Positions 12,508 through 23,123 of a DNA stretch of 64,000 nucleotides are shown one piece after another; the stretch's first letter is position 1; the number at the start of each line of letters is the position of its first letter. The notes under the pieces are model-generated. The model was given only the letters and a program-made list of their open reading frames with translations. It was not told the origin of the DNA and searched no databases. Source of the DNA: Lepidodermella squamata (lineage: Eukaryota > Animalia > Gastrotricha). Position numbers and translations under genes: made by a program. The stretch spans positions 4,526,001 through 4,590,000 of the forward strand of contig JBLDXI010000042.1 in NCBI GenBank assembly GCA_047495785.1, given 5' to 3'.

Positions 12508-13559
12508 ATGAGTCAAGCTTTAAGATATATCACAGCCTATCTACTGCTTCTTTCCATCGAAGATGCCGTAGGATTGATGCAGAATTCAACAATCCTCAGA
12601 AATTCGACAGTAACAATGAGTAACAGCAGGTTAAAGACAGGTAATATTTCTAATACAGATCGAACCAAGTAGTTACACCAGCTTTTTCATCAGTCAACTC
12701 AACACAAATCCCCCCGATACTTCTAACAAGAACCTCATCCAACGAAAGTACGACCGATGCATCGCTATGCCAAAAGTCCAACTTCTACCTGGTAGATCAA
12801 GCGTGGATAGCATCCATCAGAAACAACGCTGCTAGATGCATGAATGTCAGCATCACCTCACAAGTCACATCGCAATTCATCGACATGTCATTCTTCGTTG
12901 TCAACGCACCCTGCCATAGCGATCCTGCATCAACAGCTTGTTCCTTGTCTATCACTGATGACGCAAATGATCGAAGCGTTACTTTCCCACGACCTGACGG
13001 AGCCTGCTCAACAATGGGCCAGATCAAGTGGGAATGGACGAACGAACTAAGGATTACGGCTATCAATTGTTCGAACTCGGACTTTTCCATCTATGTAAGG
13101 GGGCCAACTCCCTTCCAAGTTCGGACGGAGAGTAACAATGGATTCCCGTGGGAGAAGCCGACTATGCCAAGCTTTGTGACGAGGGAACCAGTGAATAGGG
13201 ATGTTTCGATAACCAAGCAACTTCCCTATATCATCGGACCGCCTGTTTCTCTCATTGTTTTGGTTGTTCTTCTAGTACTGAAAATGCGGAAAGCTTGCTC
13301 AGACGCGCCTCGTCGTGTGTCAACGCGTCACCACCGGGTTCAGCCTGTTATCATGCCGCCACAGGATGGCGTTACAACTCGAATTGAAGTTCAACCTGCA
13401 GCTCCGTTTGTTATCTCGGATAAGCCGCCGAGTTACGGCGAAGTTACTGGCATGGAACTGACGGAAATTAAGGCGAATGACAGCGGTAACCGGCAGCAGA
13501 ACTTGAGCGAATTGACGATAATGACGTACCCTGGAGCTAGACCTGCAATTTCTTATTAA
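12508..13559 (+). CDS. Type I membrane glycoprotein with a cytoplasmic PPxY motif
   Basis: A signal-peptide-like ORF starts at ATG 12508 and is probably joined by a short intron (e.g. 12641-12681) to the frame containing ORF 12840-13559. S/T- and NxS/T-rich region, Cys-containing ectodomain, TM LPYIIGPPVSLIVLVVLLVL, and PPSY in the tail. The 5' structure is uncertain. Confidence 0.6.
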
Positions 13560-14390
13560 GGGATGCAAGTCTTTCCAAGTTGCAGATTATTTTTGTTATA
13601 TTTTGTTATCAAATGAGTTTCAATAAACTTGGAAATCTTGTCATCTTTCTTCCAAGCCGTTATGTTTATTCAACTCCCCCACTGAAGTAGTTTCAGGTTT
13701 CAAGATTAATAGGAAAATTAATGTAAGACAGCGGAAATGTTACGCTTCGATGAAATGACATAGTTTTTAATTTCAATGCAACGATGAAAATTGAAGTAAT
13801 CGAAACCTTCTCAGCTTCAAATAACTATTTTAGAACACGTGGGAAGGATTGCCCTGGGCTTGGGTAAGTTCGATAGGTGGATTTTCGATGTTTCGGCACG
13901 TTTCAATCATTAAAGCCTAATATCTTCGAGCTGAAAATAATTTCTCAAGCGCTAAAGCTTGGTACCCTTGATGCAGTTAAAATTTCCGAAAATTCCTTAG
14001 GGTGACTACAACCGCATTTTGTCTTAATGAGTAACAAAAGTATCGAGTATCGAGTATCGAATGAAGAAATAATAAAAAATTCTAAATCCTTTGACTGGAA
14101 CCTGGAACCTTTTATGATAGTCAAGTTCAACAAAGTCTTGAAATTATCCATAGCTCATTGCTCGATTTTGTCTGGGAAATCGGCTATCTAAAAGGTTGAA
14201 AAATCGCTCACCTTCATTTAATTATTGTTTTTCAATTATAGATTTTATCGCTTTGCCCCCAATTAGCCCTAGCAGTTATTAAATGTCTACTCCAATTTCA
14301 AAAAGATTGCATCTTATCCGAATTCATTGAAAACACCTTGTTAGCAGAAAAAATAAAGGTTATAGCTGAATTTTTATAAATAAAATTACC

Positions 14391-14963
14391 ATGCAAAATC
14401 TGTCAAATTTCTCATTAGCTCTCATTACCCTGATTTTCCGATACCTTCATTCTTTGTAGCTGGCTCTGCAAATGAGGTCAACCCGGAAGTCGCCATTCTT
14501 CTACGACAAATCAAATCTATGAAGCTGAAGCCTTGGATAGTCAACTATTTAGTGACTCGATACCGGATGAAGCTCGAGGCGGCTAAAAGTGGCTCGTGGT
14601 GCCCGGAGAAATTCCCGCGAGAAATGTGCGCCGATCGAAATATTTTCTACATTTGGGTTAGGCAGTACATTGAAATCGAACGGCAGAGAGCCATCAAAAA
14701 TCGTTTGCAATGTTATCTTAATTTTTTTCAAAATTTTCAAAATTATATTTTTAGTGGCCGGTGATGTTATTTCCGAACTCCTCGTCACACTTCAGAAATT
14801 GCTGCAAAATCAGAAAATTTTGCAAGTGAGAGAAGTCGCCAAGATTCCGAAGCCCAAATCTTCGATTTCGAAAAATTCTGAGAAAAAGCTCAACCGACGA
14901 GCGAAATTTATTTATTTCGAAGCAATCAAAAATCTGCCGTCATCATGGGTTAGATTCGGTTGA
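14391..14963 (+). CDS. Candidate neuropeptide precursor ending ...RR-AKFIYFEAIKNLPSSWVRFG-stop
   Basis: A 52-nt GT-AG intron at 14703-14754 joins ORF 14519 to ORF 14589 in frame. C-terminal RFG-stop. The hydrophobic N-terminus from ATG 14391 needs a 1-nt frame correction near 14437, or else an upstream exon. AATAAA near 15012. Confidence 0.45.
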
Positions 14964-15154
14964 CCCTTTTTTCATAAATAATTGTGTCATGCGATGAGCG
15001 CATTGTTGAAGAATAAAATCGAATTGCGTAACATGTTTTCATTATGGAACGCGGCTATAAAAACTAAAAATTTCCCATCGTTTCTCATCATCGAGTCGAT
15101 TTCACTCAAATCATTTTAACAAACATTTTTGTTCGGTTTTAAAAAAGAATTACC

Positions 15155-16624
15155 ATGCGGGTTTTAGTCATTATTTTAGCCCTGTTCGGCCTGGCGTCCT
15201 GCAATAAGGACAAAAGCGATAGCGGCGAGTCGTCGGAAGAACGCTTTGCCTCCCTTGACAATGTTCACCGTTACGACGCTGATAAGATGATTCATTACTT
15301 CCTCAAGAATCCGGTCACCAAGCGCCAACTCGATTGCTTCTCGTCGAAATTTCAATCGGGCGATTCGATCGATTTTGTTATCGATATTGCGCCCAGCCCA
15401 AGTCTCGACAAAATCGATGAAATGTGTGCCAACAGTCCAATCGGGTTAGCATTTAAAAAATCATATCTCAATTTTGAAAATTATTATTTTCGAAATTTGA
15501 AATTCAATTTTTGAACATTTTTCATTTTTGAAATTTTGAAATTCAATTTTTTTCGCAGTAATTTCCTCGAGGCTTACAAGCTGTACCGAAGCCCGACGCG
15601 CAGCTATTTCGATTTCATCTCCCACTTCATCGACATTGTCTCGTACGGCATGAAGCCTGAGCTGACGCATACTGTCATCGTTGACAAGGGCCACAAGTTC
15701 TACCTGCGCGGGCGTTACGTCAACGAAACGATCGATGTCGATAACAAGCAGTACGGCAGCGATTTCAGCGATGCGGTTCGCAATTTGAAGACCATGTGGC
15801 CTGTTTCGACCAAGTCACCTGTTGAGGGTTCCAAGATGGCGAAGATCCTGGTTAATAACCTCGGCCGTATGACTAAGCTGGCTCTGTGGAATCGCGACAA
15901 CGGCCTGCCCACAGGTAAGAACATTTTTCGAGAATTTTTAATTTTTGGCAGAATTTTCTGAATTTAACCATCGGAATTCACGAACCATTATTAAAATTAT
16001 TTTCCGACTTGTACAAAAAATTGGAAAATTCCCAAAATTTAGAAACAATTTCGAAATTCAGATTTTTCTTGAGAGGAAATTCCTAATTCCCCAATTTCCT
16101 TTTTTCGGACGTTAAAATGTATATTATTCGAATTATTTAGGATTTTTTGTGAATTTTCGCCCAATTTTGGAAAGTTTTTTAGATTTTTGGAAATTTTCCC
16201 ATCATTTTTCAGAAATTCTCAGATTTTACAAAAATTCTCTACATTTACATCTGATATTTTTCTCGGATTTTTTCTAAAGTAAATTTTGCCATTTTTTTAA
16301 TTGAATTATTTTCCAGTTCTGAATGGTGCTCGCCACTCGAAGCCTGTTTACTCGATTGTCCTAACCGACGGCTCATCCGGATCGAAAATTCACGAACTGG
16401 TCGATGACATCACGCGTACGACCGTTATCGACATTGGCAATCAGCGCTTCGTCGACCGCCTCAAGTGGGACGAGCTGAAGAAGATGCCGAGCGTGTTCAC
16501 CCTGACGGCTCCGCAGGGCCTGCTCGCCTTCAGCAACACCGTCCGCAACATGGCGTGCCTGTTGTGCACCCACTACCGCCCTGAGGTCACGCCGTCGCCG
16601 GACGTCAAGTTTTCGCACTATTGA
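15155..16624 (+). CDS. Secreted von Willebrand A-like domain protein (exons 15155-15444, 15559-15914, 16317-16624)
   Basis: Signal peptide MRVLVIILALFGLASC. IDFVIDIAPS resembles beta1 with a degenerate MIDAS, and IVLTDG is present. The GT-AG introns restore the frame. Confidence 0.7.
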
Positions 16625-16860
16625 TTTCATGGGAGCGAAAAAAGTGCTGAAGAAAGAAATGACTAATTTTAAAATCCAACTCTAATGTCGACTCGATTTT
16701 TTTTAATAACCACGATTTGTTACGTAAAACCAATATAGGCTTGTGCAACTTGATAACTGAATAAACATACAGCCGTTTTGTACAAATTTGGCTTATTTCC
16801 TCGAATTTATTAGCAGAAACCGACCTTTTGATCTCGAAGGTAAATAAGGTAACAAACCAC

Positions 16861-17134
16861 CCAGTTACGTATGATATTCGAAATTTTTTGACCATAATAT
16901 TCAGCTTCCAAAACTGAGTATGAATCATATTCACATGAAATGAGGGTTGGAAAGCTCATGAAGCCTAAAAGGTTCTGAACCTTAGATCCAACTTAATGAA
17001 AATAGGAAAAACTCCTGTTTTTGCAAATTTGAAGTCCAAGTTATCTCAGCTTCCCGGGTGAGATATATGATTCATATTCAGTTTCAGAAGCTGAATATTA
17101 TGGTCCAAAAATTTCGAATATTACGTACAACTGG
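16861..17134. mobile_element. MITE-like element with imperfect inverted repeats of about 75 bp
   Basis: 16861-16934 is the approximate reverse complement of about 17058-17134. Confidence 0.6.
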
Positions 17135-17731
17135 AAATCCGCTCAAGTAAGAATATCATAGAAATACGTACTTATTAAGAATATCCACTCCGTTTATTTT
17201 CACACTTTATTAAAACCTAACCCAAACCTATCGCCGATTGGACAAGTTGAACGTTAGGAAACATCACAATTTTAGCCATATCAATTCAATAGATGTCAGG
17301 GATTCTACTAGAGAATTTTATTATTGGAATATGGCTGTAGCGCACCTGTATGTTCATAATTGTGTCTTTGTCCAATGTATAATTAGGTATTCCTTTTACT
17401 TAACATCCAAAAATTATGTGATATCCTTCTACTTTTCGTATTTTCGTGATGATTCACCTCTTAGCGTGACCCAATTAATGGGCATGCGAAAGCGCGCAAT
17501 TTTTTTCTGAAATCAATAACGCGCCAAACACGAGCGATTCAGCGCTAGGTGGCTGTTTTTCTTATTTAAGAAATCGGACCATACAACCTGGCGCACGCAA
17601 TAAAAACGTTGCTAGGCAGTTGCGCGACGCGTTCTCGCTCAATGTCAACCTGAAATTGCAATAATAAAGAATCATTTTCCGTAAATCTCGTTTTTGAATA
17701 ATCGCACTGCCAAAATATAATTTGTGGAAAA

Positions 17732-18372
17732 ATGGCCTTGGTAAGTAATTTTACCCTGGTTTTTTTCAAGATTTTTTCAAATATTAGCTATTATTAGGGT
17801 GGAAAAGATGCTAAGCTTTTTATCAGCTATTCTTGGGCCTGTGGCAAGGAAGAAGTCGAAGGCCTAGCTGATTTCCTAATCGCAAAAAAGCATTTCGGCA
17901 ATGTTTGGATCGATCGCAATGAAATGTACGGCAATACTGATGATCGAATGATTGAGGTATACGGCAAAACAACCCCTCAATTCGATATATTTTCAAGTTT
18001 TCTGTCATTTCAGGGCATCAACGACGCTGATTTGGTCGTCATTTGCTTCAGCGATGCTTACGTTAATAGCGAAAACTGCATGAAAGAACTCAGTTTCGCG
18101 GCTAATAAGAAGAAGCCCATGTTCCCGATCAATGTTGAGAGTGACGAATTTGAAACGCCGGATAAAATTTTGTTCCACATCAAAACCGCGCTGTGGCACA
18201 AGTATTTCGGCGAGGAGGAGCAGAAGGAGCCGATTTTTCAACACATTTGCAAGGTTTTGGCCGAAATCGAGGCAAAAGCTGCCGAGGAAGAGTAAATATT
18301 TACTAAAAATTTCAGAAATTGATGTCTACCGATTTTCTTAACTTTTTATTCAGAGGTGAAGAGGACGCCTGA
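17732..18372 (+). CDS. TIR-only protein (exons 17732-17740, 17798-17956, 18014-18291, probable 18354-18372)
   Basis: The spliced product contains LFISYSW, VWID..EM, GINDADLVVICFSDAY and SENCMKEL (catalytic-Glu position), followed by KKKPMFPI. Confidence 0.85.
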
Positions 18373-19079
18373 ACGAAACTTTGAATTTCAGCTGGACTCA
18401 GACTATCTATAGCATTTACTACAACAATTACCTCACGATAAGCAGTGATGAGCCGGTGATGTGAAATTAGAATTGCTGTTAAATTGTCAGTGAAACTTAG
18501 TTACCAGGTATTTCAATGCTAGGAATTGCATGTATATTATCAGCTAGTAAGTAATAAAGGAGGATGGACGATAGGTTCACACAGAGACTGTATTGAGAAC
18601 TTATATGGTATCTCACGATTTCAAGCTAAGGGAATATTTGCTGATCATGAGCTTTGAGGAAGTTAAAGGATAGTGAGTGAAAATGCTTGCTTTGCTTTAT
18701 CGCTTTATCTTAAAACAGAATTTGTGCATATTTTCATTTCCCAATTGACAACGTTGAAGAAAAATGCGGGAATTTAGAATTTGAAAACCCGATATTTTGC
18801 GACACACCATAAGGAGGAAAATGTCCTGTGTCGAGTTGTTCACATGAATTACAAAATTATCTCGGGAACGGCGATAGGTATAGAAAGCCGTTCTCAGAGA
18901 AAAATGTCATAAGCGTGAGAAGATCTGCCTAGAAGAACTTTCAATTCGGTCTCAGAGGATACTTTGAAGACGATTTGGAGGACACTTCGGTGAATTTTGG
19001 AGATGATGGTCCCCGGGGCCTGTCTCATATCATTAAGCCTATTAGACATATTGGTTAGGTATTAATCCGTTTCCATCAA

Positions 19080-19700
19080 AATTTTGCGGCTTCCCATTGC
19101 GATCGGTGAGCAGCACCGTCTTTGATGTGCGCTATCGCCTCGAAGTCGCAGCGTCTACTTGCGGTTGATTGGGAAAGGCAATCGAAACCAAGTTGTCAAC
19201 TTCATCGACGAAGCTGTGGAATTTTTCGTCGCTTTTTTGCCGACGCTGGGAGAGCTTTTCGCGTGCCGCAGTTGGATCAAGGGATTCGCCGAAGCGTTCG
19301 AGCAAAGCTTTAATAACAGGCTCCTTAGGCTCCCTCGCCTCTAGGCATTGCGAAACCTTATGCGTTGAGTCGCGATTCAAGCACGGCTATGAAGTCGGCG
19401 TCGCTGCAGTCCTCTATGTGGCAAGTGCGCTCAGTCCTGGTTAGCCACAAGTTAAAATCATCGCTAGCTTATAGCGTATCAACCTCATGAATGGTTTTTT
19501 ACTCTAGACTTATCAATCGCGGGCGCAGCAGCGGGAACGGGAAATTCGATTTTTGGCGAAGTAATCATTGATTTTAGGGTGGTCAGCGCTTCGAGTTGCT
19601 CTCCGCTAGACAAGTTCGCTAAGTTTTTGATGTTAGCTACCGCGATTAAAGCCTTATTAACAATGGCTGTCGCTTTGTCGACCTTAACTGATTTCGCCAT
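19080..19700 (-). mobile_element. Degenerate LTR-retrotransposon gag-like remnant
   Basis: Broken ORFs contain KALLERFG...AREKLSQRRQKSDEKFHSFVDEVDNLVSIAFP, which resembles a retrotransposon capsid. Confidence 0.5.
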
Positions 19701-20529
19701 TTACGAAAATTGAAAAATAAATAATTTCAAGGCGCCATCGACGAAACTCTAGCTGTCGAGGGGAAAATGAATGTTCGGAAATCAGGTAAAATCAAGAGTT
19801 TGTCAGGACACAAACGAATTATCGGGCGAAATCTTTCGACCAACCGAGCTTTCTTTTAAAGGAATTTTCGTAAGAGTCGAATAGACGTTTCCGTGAAAGG
19901 ACATTGAGCTTTTTTATATTCCGCATTGAGCTTTTTATTTTATATTTTATATTGGCAACGAAAATCGGCGCCCTGGTGACAGCCAAAGAGCTTGACAGTA
20001 TCTGGGTAGTGCAAACCGCAGCAATCGAAAATCGTACGCAGTGTCCGCGATCTTCAACCCATTTTGCACGACCCTAGGGATCAAATCTTGGCAAGATCTT
20101 AGCTGAACTTGCCAAGATCGATCACTTATTGTAGTTGTAGTTATTGTTAGTATTTGGTTTCCTGCCGATAATTTTCTAAAATTGACCGCAGGTGAAGAAA
20201 CAGAAAGCTAAATAACGCCGGATTAACGATGCCATCAAGAAAATTACAACCAAATATCTACATATGACATGAATCGACAAGTCTGATTCCAACATTTATT
20301 GTTAAAAATAAAATCTTCTAAAATTGACCGCGAGATAGCCAGGTCTACTCAGTTATTTATTTAATGTTCGCGCACGCAAAAGTCGAACATTTTATGAAAT
20401 TTCGGGCCACGTGTGCTGATGTTAGACGGCCAACTTCTATTAATTCGGCGGTATTTACCATCGATCGAGTGATTATAGGTGAGCGGCAGGATAATATTAT
20501 AATTAATGAGAAATACGGAAACAAACACA

Positions 20530-21495
20530 CACTTCGAGTGAGCGTAAAAAATTTCCCATAGGCTTTTTCGCGCGATAAACCAGTATTCTATCGGTAGAGA
20601 ATTTTCTGAATATTATTTTGGAATAAAAACCGCTGGATTATCCGAATCTGTTCCTTTGAGATCAACGCGCGCGGCCCAAAATGTATCAAAAAGGCGAATA
20701 AATATTTGCGCAATATTTGAAATTTCCAGCTTTGCTGCGATTTTCCGCTCATTTGCAGGTAAAATAATTTTCAATCATTTGTTACAGAAATTTGCAAGGA
20801 ATCGAACGAAACTGAACGCGACTCGCTAGCTCTCATGGTTTTTGAGTAATTTTCGCTGCGGAGCGGCCACAAAAATCAGACGACTTCCGCATTTTCACTC
20901 GAAAATTTCGAAATTTCATTGTTTAGTGAATTTTTTTCTTGGTAAGCTGAAAATTCATGACGGAATTCATTGTCCATATCTAGTGCAAAATTTCACAGCC
21001 TACCCGGCTGTGAAAGCCGCGAGTCTCTATCTATCACTGTTTCTTGCTTATAAGCCGCGCGGTATTATGTGAGATAAAAATGAACCCGATAAATTTTGAA
21101 ATTTTTTTACGAAATTAATACCGCGCGCGATGATGTTAAAGGCTTACTTTCGAATATCGTGTCGGTTTTAAAACCTAAATATAATTCAAGCAATTCGCTA
21201 TCGTTTGGATATTGTGTTCCCGCGTGAAAAAGTTGAGTGAAAATATTTTACGCGCACCTTAATTATTCCACACCGATTGAGAGTGCGCGCACTCGCTTTC
21301 CGAAACTGAAGATACATGTAAAACATTTTCTTTCAATTTTTTTCACGCCTGAAACTATATATGTATACTTATTCAATAGAGAATCATCTGGGTTATTTTT
21401 GGGTATAAAAACCGCCTGAATTATAACAAGTAGTCCTTTGAAATTCTTACGCGCGGCCCTGAATTTTATAAAAATTTCGACTTAGCGCTCGCGCA
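20530..21495. repeat. Three diverged copies of a ~190-bp unit (about 20530-20720 +, 21090-21262 -, 21305-21495 +)
   Basis: The copies share ordered motifs: GTAAAA...TTTTTC(A/G)CGC...TAAAAAC CG...CCTTT...CGCGCGG. The second copy is inverted. Confidence 0.55.
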
Positions 21496-22768
21496 CAAGT
21501 CCACTTATACCCTCTGATTGGGCAACCGACGCTTGGGGCCTGCTCGTATATTTACGGGGGCGCGCAATCGAGCTGAAAATAGCATTGCAGCATTGATTCC
21601 AAGTGAATGCACTTCAGTGCCCTAATTATTCAATTTCAGCAAAGATCAGCAAAGATCAGCAAAGATCGTTATGAAGCAATCATAAAAGATCCTTCCAAGT
21701 TCTTGCAAAGATCACTCAAGATCTTTGTTAAGAAATCATTCGGAAAGTCTTACCAAGATCTTGCAAAGATTTATAAAGATCTTGAATCTTGGGAGATCTT
21801 AGCAGAACTTTGCAGATTAACCATGGCATTAATCACAGGGGATATTTGAGAGCTCGCCGATGGTAGGCTGCAAAAATTTCCTAAACATCTCGGAACTTTC
21901 GCTGTCCTCTTACATCGATAGCTGATATTCCCCAGCGCAGCCCACCTTGGCTTTGGTCACAGCAGTGCAAATGTAAGAACTTACTGTAGCATCTACCATG
22001 CTCGTCCCTAGCTGCCATGCCATCCACCTGTTTCCTAGTGTGAACCATGATGTAATATTGATTTACCCAGTGTTTTTAAGCAGTTTAACAGTTTAAATTT
22101 TAAACACCAAAAAGGGCATAATATGGCCGAAATCGCAAGAAAAACGGTCTTCACACTTCAAAACCGCAATTTTAAACACCAAATCGATCCTTAAAAAACA
22201 CGCTGATTTACCTGAAGCCGTAGATCATTAACAATTAAGGATTCCTTAACTCATTGACAAGGCCCCGATGTATCGGTTTTTCCTAGGAGAAACACTAATA
22301 TCCCCACTAATATTTGAAATGTTCTGCGGTTCACTGTGTAAACAATGGGCGCGCTTGGTGCGGGTGACAATGTAAACAATAATAACCACGCATCGCGCGC
22401 TACCGCCCTGCAGTCCTGTGTCACGTGCCGGCTGTTTGCTTTGTTCGATTATTAGAGCGATCGATCAGAGGGGAACGAATAACGAATTCGAATTATTACG
22501 CCTTTTATGATGAGAATGGGGCCATAAACTTCAACAAATGTCGCGAGTAACATGAAATCCGAGCCAGTGGCATATTTGGCTGGTTTTATAAGAAATTTAG
22601 CTATCACTGTGATATCACCCCCTGCGTGCTTTATTTTCACCTTGATGTAAGCAAAGCAACGTCATTGATGTTTATTAACAAGGAAATAACAAGGAAATAA
22701 GAATGAAGATTCATGGTACAAACTACAAACGCGTGCTTATAACGCCAATGATTACAAATCAACGACTA

Positions 22769-23069
22769 CATTGTGTTTGAGGTTGTAAGTTGAAAAAAAT
22801 CTGCATGCTGATTGGTCAGTTGGCTCGTATCCATGACTCCGCCTTGCTACTTGATCGTGCGATCTATATAATTTGTGGCTTTTATTATTTTTATGAAGGC
22901 CGTATCGTAGCACGCGTTTCCAACAAATGCGTAAAACCATTCATAAAAAGATATTTTTTGCAAACATTTTATGGATCGCACGATCAAGTAGCAAGGCGGA
23001 GTCATGGATACGAGCCAACTGACCAATCAGCGTGCAGATTTTTTTCAACTTACAACCTCAAACACAATG
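22769..23069. mobile_element. Tc1/mariner-type MITE with ~100-bp TIRs, inserted in the putative 3' LTR
   Basis: Near-perfect inverted repeats CATTGTGTTTGAGG...CCTCAAACACAATG, flanked by TA on both sides. Confidence 0.85.
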
Positions 23070-23123
23070 TACGCAATAGAAGCGTATCACAATAACGAGA
23101 ACAATTACAAGTGCTACTGTTAC

